Positions 23,702 through 38,673 of a stretch of DNA of 64,000 nucleotides are shown here, piece after piece (within the stretch, counting starts at the first letter, position 1; each line of letters opens with the position of its first letter). A program made the translations under genes and the position numbers. The DNA lies in NCBI GenBank assembly GCA_025201805.1, contig MU619308.1, positions 1 through 64,000 on the forward strand, given 5' to 3'. The notes under the pieces are model-generated. The model made no database searches and was not told the origin of the DNA. It saw nothing but the letters and a program-made list of their open reading frames with translations. Source of the stretch: Parasitella parasitica NRRL 2501. Taxonomy: Eukaryota > Fungi > Mucoromycota.

Positions 23702-24676
23702 AAAACGTTCCGCTCACTTCGCTGCGGTAGGAGAAAAGCTATGTGGACATCTTCAAGGATACCCCGCCAAAAATCTTAAATATCAGTTTTATTGTTTACT
23801 GTTAACACTTATCGCATAAAATATCAATTGCTGCTTCGTTGCTTTATTAATTGGAAAAGTTAAGCTCAATTTACATATATAATATGAATAGTAGTGCCTG
23901 TTTTTCTGGTTAATGGCCAAAAAAATTAATTATTGCAACCAATTTAAATGATGGGAGATTTTTTTCGGTACAATTTTCAGTAGTGTTTCTGCATAACAAA
24001 GACTGATTGAGTCAACTCTACGGAAACTAAAAACTATTCAAGTTTCATATATAAGCTATACGTATATTTAGGTTTAAAAAAAAAGGGCTGCTGTAATCCT
24101 ATCAAGCAGAATTATTTTGTTGGTTTATGCTTTCAAATCTATGAAATTTTGTATGTCTCTATTATATTACATCTAGAACAAAATACTGTCCGAATACATT
24201 ATGTTATTGCTTAAAAAAGAATCACAATCGCCAAAAACAGAGGAAAATAGCTAATGATATGTAGTAAGTGAGGATCCTGGGCCATCTATGCAAGATACAA
24301 GTTCAAGCCCCTAAAAGATACAGCGCTATCATTTTTTAGCAGATTTAATCATGGGACAGGAAAGTGTTCTGTTGCATTCAACAACGACCACAAGAAACAT
24401 CTTCCCCTTGCTTGAAATTACGACGAATTTGCAAAGTGAGCAACTTGAGGTAAACAAGTGAATTACGTTTACTTGAGTATGGTTTAATTGGATTTCTGCT
24501 TAACTTGCATTAAATCTTGAGATTTATGGTTGATATTACCAGATGAGTTTTCTAGTGCATAGCTGCACAAAGTCTGACGCAACTATACAGATTATTTATG
24601 CTTAACTTTCTATTTATTGCCGTTAAAATATTTATAGATATGATACAGGTTTTTGTTTGATGTGCGGAACGAGGGT

Positions 24677-25474
24677 CTAGTTGTTCTTGACTAGCTTACT
24701 ATCATCAATAAGATTGTTCTTGACGAGATAGTCCAAGATGCTTTGAACGCCTTGTTCAACCGAGACTTCGTGAGTCTTGATATGAATTTCAGCATTTTCA
24801 GGAGCCTCATAGGGGGCTGAGATACCAGTGAATTCCTTGATTTCGCCAGCCTTAGCCTTAACGTAGAGGCCTTTGGGATCACGCTTCTCGACAACATCAA
24901 GAGGAGCATCTGCAAAGACTTCGATAAAAGGAATATTGGCAGCTTTGTGGAGCTCTCTAGCAGAGTCACGATCAGCTCTATAAGGACTGATAAAGGCAGT
25001 GATGGCAATAGCAGAAGAATCAGCAAATAGCTTGGCTACCTATGTTTTCCCGAAAAAAATTGTGAGTAACTTCAACGTTCCAACAAACACACACAATCCT
25101 TTCTCTCTCTCTCTCTCTCTCTCTCCCTATATTATATTTACCTCTGAGATACGACGAATATTTTCAGTACGGTCATCAGGACCGAATCCCAAGTTCTTGT
25201 TTAACCCGAAACGAATATTGTCACCGTCTAAGCGATAAGCATTGATGCCAGAATGGAGTAGAGTTTGTTCCAAAGCAGTAGCCAGAGTGGATTTACCAGA
25301 AGCAGAGAGGCCGGTAAACCAAAGAGTGAAACCCTAAAATCAGTAATGTTCAGCGATCAATCTTCTGGGTCGTCACCTTCATCATGCTGGATTAGCTCTT
25401 ACCTTTTGTTTCAAGAGACCCTGGCGTTCTTCCAAAGAGACGCTTCCGCTGTGCCAAGTGATATTAGTAGCCAT
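24677..25474 (-). CDS. MET14: Adenylyl-sulfate (APS) kinase, 3 exons
   Basis: [10 protein letters not shown]; [15 protein letters not shown]-loop; [18 protein letters not shown]; [15 protein letters not shown]; KRDPKGLY; [11 protein letters not shown]. Confidence 0.97.
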
Positions 25475-25650
25475 TTTTTGTTTTTTTCGGTTAATTCAAT
25501 GCAAGTATATTTTTTTGAAAAGAAAGTGAAAGAGGGTCGAGTTTATTTCAAGAAATTTATATGTGGAGCCAGGCGGAGATGAGTGTATGCAAACAATGTA
25601 GTTTTTATTGGCGGTTCCTGGGATTGCGCCATATGGTAGTCCAATGTGTA

Positions 25651-26398
25651 TCATTTTGTGCGCAAGCAAGAAAGTCCAGAAAAGAGATCCCATAGAGCAT
25701 TTGCACTGAAAGTGATGAATAGAAGCATACCAAAGCTCACGCCTGTATTATAAAAGTTACACCTATTTTTTGTGGAATTATTAAAAATAGCACAGATTTA
25801 TCATCGTATATAATAGCAAGTACCATCCATCAAAGCCTCCAGCAGGACATGTATAGGCTCCAATCTCCATGCTGATAGATATTCCTAATATTACTGCGAG
25901 TAATGTATCCATGGCAAGTCCAATTGCTGGTTTTATATTTCCACTGCTGTTGCTAAATCTTAATGATAGTTGAACGTAAATGCAAAAGGAACTCCAAACA
26001 AATGCAACCCATTCAACGCCATAAAAAAAGTACAACAGTGCTACATTGTCAAATGGTACCGATGTTCTACCAGACCACTATATTATTTGATCAACCGTCA
26101 ATGGAATTTGGCATAAAGGTTATTTGTTTATGAGTCGACCTACTGTATTGGCGCTTGCTTGGAACCCAAATGAGCCTATCACACAAAGTATTTGAGTTAC
26201 CCGGAGAATAAGCTTCCATCTGCCTGCAATGCTATTTTGATCTTGTGCTTTTTGCAACTGTTGCTCTTCAGTGATAATTGTTTTCTCGTTGATATCACTG
26301 TTTGCGATAGATGATGAGGACGACGAATGAGGCAAATCAGATTGCGATGCTGTCTGGTACGCTGGTGGAGGAAAAACTTTGTCGCGATTTTCTTCCAT
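25651..26398 (-). CDS. Four-TM MARVEL-like membrane protein, 3 exons
   Basis: PPPAY N-terminus; RWKLILRVTQ; four hydrophobic helices; loop CPAGGFDGWCNFYNTG; ends CLRTK*. Confidence 0.75.
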
Positions 26399-27256
26399 CT
26401 TCTAGTGGTTCTATAATTTATGAAATTTAGGGAAAAAAAAAAAAAAAACCAGAAACCTATATACTATTTTTTATACATCTCTGATCGTATCGAGACTCTT
26501 TCATTTTATGATCGATGGTCGTATGTAGCATACGTTTGTTTATTGAAAACAACAAGGGATTTTAAATCAAACCTTCCAGCAGTTTGAAAAGAATACAGAG
26601 TCTTCTACCGCTGCAAAAGTTAAGCAGATGTTGCGATTCCACAGATTTTATCAGATGCTACTTTTATGACTCAAAGGTGTGAATACATCTGTGATGATTA
26701 CTTTCTAAGCAACAATTTCATCGGTGAACTTGCACCAAATTTCTAACAGAAAATAAAAAAATATGCAAGAACAATTGATACATCGTATCACTAAATTTCT
26801 CATTTAATCATAATAGATGCTGATCTTGCATTACTACATAATCTTTGCAAGTTTGGATCATGAGATGTTTAGCAGCGATGACGATAATAACACGCTGATT
26901 TTCACATTTAAACCACCGTCCAATGTTGAGATATTTGGCTTTAGATTATTATAGAAGGGTATTTGGTTGAAATACACTCGGTATCAACCAAAAAGACACC
27001 TTCAATATATTTTGAAATTGAAGGGAAGCGAAAATTTGTCGACAATACCGTAGCATATCGTGAGATAGGAGCTTGCTAATCAACAAAATATAGCGCATTG
27101 TTAACGTCCAGCTGAGAAGGGTTCCTGAGTAATAAACAACAAGGACCAATAAAAAAAGACTTGCAAAAATCACATTTAAATCAGCATTTTTCAAAGCAAA
27201 TCAAATGCGTTTTTCCCTTTTCTTCTTTTCTTCACACCCTTACAATATAAATCGTA

Positions 27257-29261
27257 ATGGCCAGTAAGTCAAACTACAGTTCCATACCAAATGACGATCC
27301 AGAAAGGCCATTTGGTGTTTACCAAAAGCCAACCAATGTAGGCTTCCACGCACAAAATACAAATCCAGGTGCTCGATTTAAATCTTTTGTTTATTTTTGC
27401 TATAGAAAAAAAGGCTCCACATTATTGTTGGTGCGGCAATTATTGGCATTACAGGAGCCATTGTGGTTATTTCTACGGTGTTGTTAGGGAGCAGAGCTGA
27501 TCCAGGTAAGTTTATGCAATACATACTTGTGATATCATGATGATTAACGAACTGGTTTGAAAAAAAAAAAAAACCAGTTCCCAAAAAGAACGTGATCATG
27601 ATGATCAGTGATGGATTTGGGCCAGCCTCAGAAACATTTGCTAGGCAATACTATCAATGGTTGGAGCATAAAGAGTACAAAAGCATTTTACCGCTAGATG
27701 AGATTATCGTGGGCCAAAGCCGCACGCAGAGTTCATCTAGTTTGGTGACTGATAGCGCTGCAGGGGCAACAGCATTTTCTTGCGCTAAGAAATCGTACAA
27801 CGGAGCTATTGGAGGTAAATGCGTGCATTTTTAGTTTGTTGCTTGTCATTTACATAATCTTTTTTTTTTCAATGAATAGTGGATCCCAATGAGTCGCCTT
27901 GTGGTACAGTTTTGGAATCTGCAAAACTACATAAAAACATGTTGACTGGTCTTGTCGTAACTTCTCGTGTCACCCATGCTACTCCTGCTGCATTCTCAGC
28001 TCATGTCCTTGATCGAGACAATGAAAACTTGATTGCTGTACAGCAGATTGGCCACAACCCATTGGGCCGCACTGTGGACTTGATGTTTGGCGGCGGTACC
28101 TGTGAATTTACAAAAAATTCATCTGCAGGAAGCTGTCGATTTGATGATCGTGATTTATTCGCTGAAGCCAAGAAGCAGTTTGGCTGGAGTGTCGTCTTGG
28201 ACAAGCCAGAATACGAGGCTCTGCAGACTGAGGACGTAGAGTTGCCGTTGATGGCATTGTTTGCTCCTGGAGTAAGTTTGCAAATGCAGTGACTTTATAC
28301 CTCAAGTAATTTAACATGCAAATTCAAACAGCACATGAGTTTTGAAATGGATAGAGATCCTCGTCAGCAACCTGCTTTGCATCAGATGGTAACCAAGGCA
28401 TTAGATATCCTCAAAACCAAATCCGACGAACAAGACACTGGCTTCTTTTTGATGATCGAAGGAAGCCGCATTGACATGGCTGCTCACAACAATGACCCTG
28501 CCGCTCATTTCCATGATATTTTAGAATACCATAGAACCGTTGAATTGGTCAAGAAATTCGTTGATGAAAATCCAAACACAGTTGTCATCTCTACGAGCGA
28601 CCACGAAACTGGCGGTTTTACTACTGGCAGACAAGTGGGCGAAGATTATCCAGAATACAAATGGAATCCTGAAGTGGTCCATCGCGTGCGCAATTCTTCG
28701 GAATCATTAGCCAATGCTTGGGCTGCCTCGACCAATGTTCGTAGCCAAGGTTACCTCAAAAAGGTTTTGATACAATCTGGCTTGGGCATTCAGGACGCCA
28801 CCCCTCAAGAGATTGAAAAGATCACAAATTGGAAATCCAGCGGTAAGACTGTGGAGGAGCTGTCTTGGCTGTTTTCGGATATGGTTTCCCGTCGTGCATT
28901 GCTGGGTGTAAGTCCTGCAATATTATCAACAAAGAGAGGCTAATTGATTAACCTCTTCTTCTCTCTAACGTACACATAGTGGTCTACCCATGGTCACACG
29001 GCCGTGGATGTAAATCTTTATGCAAAGGGTGACGGCACTGAAGTTTTGAGAGGAAGCCATGAGAATACTGACATTGGCGATTTCATGGTTGATTTTCTTG
29101 GCTTGAAGTTGGATGAGCTTACGCATAAACTTGCCAATTGCAGGTAAGAAAAAGAAAGATGGCTGTTTCATTTAAACTGACTTTACTGTTACAGCACTGG
29201 GCCTCCTGCTGCAGACCTGACTAGTCTAGGTAACAGTAAGGCTGCTGTTTACCATGGTTAG
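27257..29261 (+). CDS. PHO8: Vacuolar alkaline phosphatase (type II membrane anchor)
   Basis: NVIMMISDGFGP; active-site VTDSAAGATAF; RVTHATPAAF; FFLMIEGSRIDMAAHNND; TSDHETGG; WSTHGHTAVDV. Confidence 0.96.
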
Positions 29262-29450
29262 GTCAACTTTTATTGGATGCAGGTGTTGATGACTAACCCA
29301 AACATCAATTGCAAGCATTGACTGACATCATCTTTACGAGAATTACACGCTATTCCAAAAGTTCGTCGTGTGTTAATTGATCAAAATAAAAATACATCTT
29401 TTTCATCTTTTTATTTTTGCTTTTCCTTTCATCAAAAAAAAAGAAAAAAA

Positions 29451-30315
29451 ATGCTCTCCATCGCTGCTCGTTCAATCAAGTCTAGTTCATTCAAGTCAGC
29501 CCTCCGTCCCTTGACTGCAGTCCGCACCAAGGTTACATTGCCAGATCTTCCTTATGGTTATGACGTGAGTAAATGTGCGCATGCTTCGTCACAGATTACT
29601 AATCCAAAGGTATGCTTAGGCTCTTGAACCCTACATCAACACTGAGATCATGAAGCTTCATCATTCCAAGCATCATCAGACCTACGTCAACGGATTCAAC
29701 CAAGCCGAGGAGAAACTTCAAGGAGCTTTCAAGTCCAACGATTTGACCGAACAGCTTGCCCTCCAAAATGCTCTTAAATTCAACGGTGGTGGCCACATCA
29801 ATCACACTCTCTTTTGGCAAAACTTGGCCCCCAAAGGTAAGGGCGGTGGATCTCTTCCTAAGGGCGCCTTGGCATCTGCGATTGACAAGGAATTCGGTTC
29901 GTTTGACGAATTCGTCAAAAAGTTCAACACTGCTGCTGCTGGTGTTCAAGGTAAGAAATGAGACGGCTCTAATTGATGGCTCTGGCTCTGCAAACTAATC
30001 TTTTGTTATCGCTGCAATTAGGCTCTGGTTGGGCTTGGTTGGTAAGTTGCACAGCTTGAAATCATGTTGATATCATGTTTTGCCAACATTTTTGTTAATT
30101 GAAACCAGGGTTACAACAAGCAATTCAAACGCGTTGAGATTACCACTACTGCCAATCAAGATCCTTTGCTCACTTTGACTCCTCTTTTGGGCATTGATGT
30201 TTGGGAGCATGCCTACTACTTGCAGTACAAGAATGTTCGTCCTGACTATCTCAAGAACATTTGGGAGGTTGTTAACTGGGAAACTGTCGCTGAGCGTTTT
30301 GCCAAAGCTGCTTAA
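29451..30315 (+). CDS. SOD2: Mitochondrial Mn superoxide dismutase
   Basis: Presequence [12 protein letters not shown]; [13 protein letters not shown]; [11 protein letters not shown]; [13 protein letters not shown]; GVQGSGWAWL; [11 protein letters not shown]. Confidence 0.97.
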
Positions 30316-30378
30316 ACCGATCCATTGATTTCAGTAATAATAATAATAATAAACGCACCCCACTTTATTGATTTCATC

Positions 30379-31278
<900 letters not shown>

Positions 31279-31781
31279 TGTTAAATTGAGGAAAAGAAAT
31301 GAGGAAAAAAAAAAAAAAAAAAAAGCTGTATTATTATAAATGAGATTTCGTTCAAAACCATCAACTCCGAACGATCTGTTCTGTGCTACCCCCAAACAAT
31401 CAGAGACACAGTTTTTACACGACGTACAATGAACGATACGCAAAATTGTTGCAAAATCATAGGACAATGAGCTTTGATGTCACATGGCGTTGTACGGTAA
31501 ATATCAGCCATTATAGCACTGAAGCATTGAAACATGTCTGTCGTAAAATGACGTTGTTTGTCTGAGTTGAGCGTATAGCTTCCAACAAAGTGTCCAAACG
31601 TCAAGAATATCCTGACAATAAAGGCCCATGAAACTGAAGCCCACTCAAAAGCTGCTGCCAATCTTTCGCCAGAGAAATGCAGATCCGGGGGGGGGGTTTT
31701 TTTGCTCCTAAAAAAGGATTTTGGCTGCTTGAAGTGAAGGTTTGTCTAGATACACTTTTTTTTATAATTTTATTGGTAGTA

Positions 31782-32766
31782 TCACATGATGGCACACTGA
31801 GAATCTCTATTAATATTATTTTTTGCGCTTGAGGCTACAACGGAAAGTCTTTTGTCTTGAGCCTTAGCACGTTTCTTTTCATTCTTTTGCTGCTTTACTA
31901 GACTTTCCAACAGCTGGATACGGTCTCGTGCTTCTTTATGATTGCCTTTCTTGACGGCTTTAGAATAGTAGTGGTGAGCTTGCGCAAAGTCTCTTGGAAC
32001 ACCAATACCAATTTCATAATACCAGCTAAAACAAGACGAATTTGCATTAGTACAAATCCCTCTCTCCAAATAATACAGTGCTGCTGATACAAACTTACCC
32101 TAATAAATAACATGCATCAGCCAAGTCATGCTTTGCAGCTAAATGGCACCATTTGAATGCTGCATCTTCGTCTCGTGGCTGAGTTTTGGTCCACTTTGAT
32201 TCATCATGCTCAAAAATTGCTAATTGTTCTGTCTGCTGTTCAGCTGGGATTTTAACACCGTGATTGTAAATGCGGGAAAGACCCAGCATGGCATACGAAT
32301 TATTATCATTGTTAGCAGCAAGTTCGTAGTATTCGTGCGCTTTGCTGATATTGATGCGAGTGCCAAACAAGCCCTGCTCATGGATATAGCCGAGACGGCA
32401 TTGTGCGGTTGACATGCCCATGTCGGCGGCATGTTCAAGGAATGCGACAGCAGCAAATGTGCCACCATAGCTTTGTATTAATTCACTGTTGTGTGGAAAG
32501 AAAAGATAATTAATATAGTCATATTAAACCGGTTGTTCTGTGGACGTACCTAGGTATACTGATTGAGGGATAATCATTTGTAAGGAGTAATCCCAAGGTA
32601 TAAGGTGCTTCGGGGCATGTTCCAGTTGATTTCTCGGATGCTTTTATTAACAACTGAATTGCTCCCGCAATATTGCGTCTAGAACCGAATTCACCATTCA
32701 GATTAATCATGGCAATTCGCTATGAGGATGTATCAACAACATTAGTATGCATAATACAGATATTAG

Positions 32767-32797
<31 letters not shown>

Positions 32798-34492
32798 GCT
32801 ACTTACATAAATGGCTTCCACCAAGCCTAAACCAGCAGCATCTTCATATAACTGAAAGGACGTCATATATTCTTGTTCTCTTTCGTAGTACTGACCCACA
32901 GCAAACATAGCCTCAGGCACCTTTTCGTTTGCTGCGATTTCGTAATATCGAAGTGCCTTGGTAGAGCTTTTTCGAAATTTATACATGCCACGCTCATGCC
33001 AAAGAGCCAGTAAATAAGCAGCTTCACCCACATTCTGGTTGGCTAATTTTTTGATCCACTTTACGCCCTCGTCTTGCAGCATTTTTCTCTTTTTGCGGTT
33101 GTTGGCTTCTTCGCCCTCTTCGAAGGACTTGCTTTGGGTCAAGATAGAATCTCGGCGCATGGTGTTTAGTGTCGTGTGGGTATCCATACTACTGCGACGA
33201 CTACTGATGATACTCGCAGGTCGCCCGATGCTTGGGCTGGCGGTACCAGTCGTGCTTTGGCGAGAACGCTTCAACAGCGGCAGGCCAAGAGACAGGTTGG
33301 GTCGGAACGAATGACCTTGTCCGTCGTATAAGCTGGCGACTTCCAAGAGATACTTTGCATAAGCAAGTTGGACGCTGTGGTCCTGGGTTTTCAGCGCCAT
33401 GGTTCTGTAGAGTTTGATGGCTTCCGGGTGGTTTGTGAGGCTGTAGGAAGCCTTGCAGTATTTTGAAGAGGAGGATTGCTGCTGTTGCTGCTGGCGTTTA
33501 TATGTAGGGCGGATGGAGGAGGGCGTGAGAGACGGTGTTGTTGAAGCACTGCGAGCATGCTGGATTACAGGTAAACGGGTATTCGGGGTAGAAGTTGGAG
33601 TTGGAGTTGGGATTGGAGGGAGAGGACTCTGCTCGCGAAGTAAATCTTTGCTTTGACGGCGACGGTCTGCTGGCTGATGGTGTCGATTGACAGGTGTTGG
33701 ATCTAGGTTTCTATTCAATTCCTCCTGTTCGATTTCGTCAGGTGATTCAGTCAGTTCTTCTTCGGGTGCTGTGACCACCAACGCACTAACAGATTGTTGA
33801 GCAACTGAAGCAAGGCTCTTTTTTGTTGGAGAGGATGGGAAGAAGTCAGTATTGTGCTGCGGCAATTGGGGAGGAGAAGAGGGAGCGCCTGAAATGCTGA
33901 TATCATCTGTGGACGACGATAGCAAATGCGATTCCTCGCTGGTCAATAATGGCGCTAATGTTTCCAAAGGCGGTAGTAATTCCAGTTTCACGTTGTGTTT
34001 GTAATGTAAACGAGATGGGTATTGCTGCTCGACTAACGTCTTTGACACTTTTCTGATGACAGTAGGTTTGTACTCTTCAATTTGTTGTGGCTGGCCCGTA
34101 GCAGTAACATCTTGTTTGACGTTACCTTGCCAAGAGTTTGGTGGTGGTACTTCAACGATCTGTTGAGGCTCTTCTTGTAATTGCTGATGTATAGGGGTGT
34201 GCTGGATTTCAGGCGACGAAAGGATACTGTTTAATCCTGGCTTGTATTGGTCGTTTGTAAGATGCGGCTCATTGTCCTCTTCGTAAATGTCAGGGTTAAC
34301 AACTCTCAAAGTGAGGGGTTTGTTGAATGGTTGGTCACGAATGAGGGTGCCTGTTTCTGAATCAGCCGAAATCGTGCTATCATAATTCATCATCATATTA
34401 CTGCTATTATTCAACGACTGGGAAGATGATTTTGCGTTTAGATACTGGTGTGTTGGCAGCAATGACAAAGCCGCGTTTTTGTTTTGTGACAT
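31782..34492 (-). CDS. Sel1-repeat chitin synthase activator (Chs4/Skt5-like)
   Basis: Long disordered N-terminus; QLAYAKYL; multiple SEL1 repeats (EAAYLLALWHERG, EAMFAVGQYYE, AQCRLGYIHEQG, ACYLLGWYYEIGIGV); CaaX box CAIM. Confidence 0.85.
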
Positions 34493-36879
34493 TTTGAGAG
34501 AAAGGAAAGAGAAAGAGTTGAAAAAAAAAGGAGCCCAAGAACTTTATATACAAGAAAGTAGGTTTGATTCCCTACTTTAGAAAATGTGCCTACATTATTA
34601 TATAATGTTACAGAGGGGAAGGAGAAGGATTCCACAAAACTAATTTTTCAAGGCACCAACAATGGCAAATCTCATGTGAGATTCTTGTCATTGGATGGGT
34701 AACGACTCCGGAAATTGTGAAAAGAAAGAGGCTATTTTTAGTCCATTGTGATATGGTTTATGCGTTTTCATTTAGGATTCGTAAACAGAGCGAGGTGGAA
34801 AGAGTAAACAGCTAATTTTACTAGAACGAAACATCATGTCATCTTCCATACCGTTCTGATCGCAATAAGATCTAGATTATCCTCTATATAGGTCATTGCC
34901 CAGTGGATGTCATGAACAAAATAGGTTCTAGCCCACGGATCAATACAATTTAACCACTGTTGTTTATTGTATATTTTAATCATGTTCATCAGATGCATAT
35001 CCAACAACCTTCAGCGTCTTAATGTAATTAAATTTCATGTCATACACATGACCTGTAATTAAGTGCCCTAGTAATCATGTGCCTATAACCCGGTGGAATT
35101 CATATTCAAATCTGTTTTTATTTGAGGTTGAAGTTGTTGCAGTGGTAATGTTATTCCGCTTCAATGACAGCTAAATCAGGGACGCATGCAACATTAGTTT
35201 TTTCTATATATTTTTTTTTTCCAATATTGTTGTGTGATCTTCAAACATGTGTGATGGTGTTACCACAAATATATATACACTCAGATTATGCTATATATAC
35301 GTTGTAACTGTATTTAGTCTATTCTTAGCACCAAACCCATATATATGACTCCAGGATAATGCTTGTATATTTGCAAATCGCCTTTGAACCTCATCAAACT
35401 AAACGCAGTAGCACTTTATTGATCCAGCCATCCGATACCGCAAAGAAAAAAAGAAAAAAGGAAATAGCATACCGAGCATCTAACAATGGCGCAAATTTTA
35501 AATGAAAGCCTTCAACAGACCTGTCTCAAAGGATTCTTTGTGGCGATAGGTCCGTTTGATTAAAGCATAGAGCTGTGACAATGAAGCCACTTCTCAGACG
35601 ATCAAATAACAGAGCTGAGAGTGTACCAACATATTTGTATACATAACAACCAACTAAATCAAGCAAAAGCAATATAATGAGCATTTGCTGCTCTAGCAAT
35701 CATAATCTCTCCATGCCCTCTCCAAACAAATTAGAAGCCTTGATTTTAGTCTTATTTTGGAAGTTTGTGTGGCCTCAAAACCGTGCAGAGCTGCTTCTTC
35801 ATGAGGGTCCTTTAGGGTCCAAAATCCGCCGAAATCACTCGATCCGATTTAAACCTGATAAAACGACATTTTTATTATGACATTCCTAACCTCAAAGTGC
35901 TCCAAATTGGATGTTTTATTACATAAAGCAAACTTACTCTAGTTTATATTGGGAATTTTTTTTTTTTTTTTTTGCCAAAACCCAGTTTTCACTAAAATGT
36001 TCAATTGCGGGATATTTTACCATGTCGTTTTTTCATACGCGGTACTATTCGATGCGATCTTTACAATTCCATGCATAACCATGCGCCTGTTTAGAGACAT
36101 TTGAGAAAAACTATCGTGGAATTCAATTTTGTATTCCATCTTGGCTACTACGAAAAAGAGAAAGGCATTTTCGGAATACGCTAGTTCAAGTGGTGGTGGT
36201 AATGGTGATGCATTGTGCTTTCGACACGGATCGAGAAAGTAAATATAAAATTAGGACAAGCAAATTAATTAACAATGTTGGATCAAAAAGCAGGAGATCC
36301 AGGCATTTATTCGGAATATCCGAGTATTCTGAGTTTCAGCCTTCACATTATATTAATAATACCAACACATTCTACTTTGGTGAAAGTATATGAAACTATT
36401 CGGTCTTCTCAATGTGCACTTGCAACTTGTTCAGTTTTGTTGAGCAAAATTTGGTTCATTTATTCCAGCTTATTTAACCATCCATTGTCATCTTGTTCAT
36501 CGGTCAACAAACCTAGTGCAACATAAGGCTCTGGCAGTTAAAATCTTGGTTTTGAGATGTACCAAGCTAAACAGATATTGCCTAAAAAGTATATAGATGT
36601 TTAATTTAAATATGTTGCTCCTTTTTTTATTTTTTGCTATAAATATACAGCATTGCTCACCAAATATTGTGATCAATCTGGACATGGTCTTCGAACCCCT
36701 TCTTTGCATGGTGTTGAAATCCAACTGCAGAAAGACTACAATGAAGCACACTAATATAATATACACATTAGTGTACGCATGAAACAGAAAATGCTCAGCT
36801 TTTTACGTCTTGTTGTATTGCTGATCTCTCTATTTATGGGTGAAAATAAGATTACATGTCCAAATGTTTGGTAAACGTT

Positions 36880-37620
36880 GCTTTATATGCATATCATCAC
36901 GAAGATGTCCAAAAGTGTCAAAGATGATACCAAAAATAGCATTCCAAAGAAATACAACGACGACAAAGTTGAAATGGCTGTCCTCCATCCACTTGGTTTG
37001 TGAAGCTCATCGGGCTCCAAATTATCTCCAATATACCTCCAATATACCTCAACCCGGCCTCATACTATCAGATGATTATTCTTTAGTACAAACAAGCTCC
37101 CAAGTACTATATACTACGTACCCATGTGAGAGCGCCGTAATAAAACATTCCATCAATGACCCGCAAAACAGCCCCTTGGTATAATCAAATTCTCTTTGGA
37201 AATGCACATGTCGGCAATAGTGCTGTGCATATATATACAACAACAATAACTAGAATAGTCTAGGGCTACATGGTTAGTGTAATGTCATGATCCCCATTTC
37301 AAAAATCTCTTAATCCACCCACAGTCCTAGAAACAGAATGCACATTTAATGCAATGCCTTGCAAAACACTATCACAAAACACAATTCCACCAGGTGAATA
37401 GATAAAGTAAAAGCCTGGATACAATAGACCAACTGCAGAAAACATCACCATGGGAACATGATACAAAAACTGGGACTCGGTTATGGTTGCCCAAAGCAAA
37501 TGTACAGACATGAGGTCCATGACAAAGATCGATGAGTGCAGTTAATTGGATAAAGCAAAAATTTTGCAGTCAATAGCACCTACGATGCTAGATGCACGAC
37601 TCCAAACAGATACCAGCACA
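36880..37620 (-). pseudogene. Possible highly decayed PIF/Harbinger-type DDE transposase
   Basis: Fragmentary motifs in the expected order on the minus strand: IVGAIDC (about 37570-37590), GDHD (about 37283-37294), YIGD (about 37023-37034), HFN...NAIFGII..F..L (about 36900-36975). Many stops and frameshifts. Confidence 0.3.
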
Positions 37621-38673
37621 TGACTACGTCAATAGAGGGTGTCTGCTGCTCATATACGGCATTTGTGCTCATGTCAAGTAGATCCGGGTACATTATCTGC
37701 CGTATATGTTTACACCAAATGCAGACGCCTATATCAAAAGACACTATAGTCTGTCAAGGACGACAAACATTTACCATGTACAACGTGTGCTTGGTTCTCA
37801 ATCCTGTTATACGTGTCTTTGTCGATGAATTACCAATCAGCGATTGCTTTTTTCAATTGAATTCACTCGTAAATAACCATGGCTGACAGCTGAACAAAGT
37901 TGTCAATCTTGCTTTGGGGGCTTAAGGACTCTCTTTTCTAACATATGGATAAATTTATTGCTTGACACTACATAAAAAGTCTTTGTTTCGTCTCCAGTTT
38001 CAGATATTGGCGAATCTCAGGCACAGTAAATAGCACTCGAGCAAGCTGCTCTTCTTGACCATAATACATTAATATTTCGATTTGTCCAGCATTGTAGTGA
38101 ACGTAATTGAAAGCGACGTTACTTTAAAGAGCATGGCTGGAGAAAACATTAAAAACCACGAGATAGAACATAAACCCACATTCCAACTTTTCATACAGTT
38201 TGCTCAATGCCGTCGTAGCATCTTTGAAGTTGTCTCGTAAATCTGTAGGATCGCTGTTACCTCTAAATCACGCAATGTTAATCATGCTATTCAGGCGTGC
38301 CAAGTTGGCTTGCAGCGCCTTGTCATTGTGAAATCAGATTGATGCAATAATCGGAATTTTGCATGCTCTTGAGTTTGGAAGGGCTGTCAAAAGGGCATGC
38401 GTTTTGGTAGTGATCCATAAAAAACCGCGTTTTTCTTTTCTTATAAATTTATTCAATGTCTTTATGAGGTCGTGTAAAACAAGCAAGTAACATCCTTGCA
38501 GGGGATCTAACGCTTCGAGCTCCTTTTGCGCTGGATACTGTGCTTCCACTCTCAATTTTACTGAATTTTTGAAAAGTCCGCCCACTTTTTTGAATTATTT
38601 TGGACATTTGTGTGAGGTAAATTGCCCAAAAAAAATTTTTTTTATAATTCTTTTCTTAACCCAAGTCAACAAT

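Noticed and set aside
24241-24312. tRNA-like A/B boxes (TAGCTAATG...GTTCAAGCCC)
   Set aside because: No acceptor or T stems can be formed, so no cloverleaf. No tRNA or rRNA gene was recognised anywhere in the window.
25334-25402. Box C (ATGATGA) and D (CTGA) motifs in MET14 intron 1 as a snoRNA or riboswitch
   Set aside because: The intron is only 69 nt and the C-to-D span is about 36 nt, too short for a guide snoRNA. The second CTGAT is best explained as the branch point. It does not resemble TPP or SAM aptamers.
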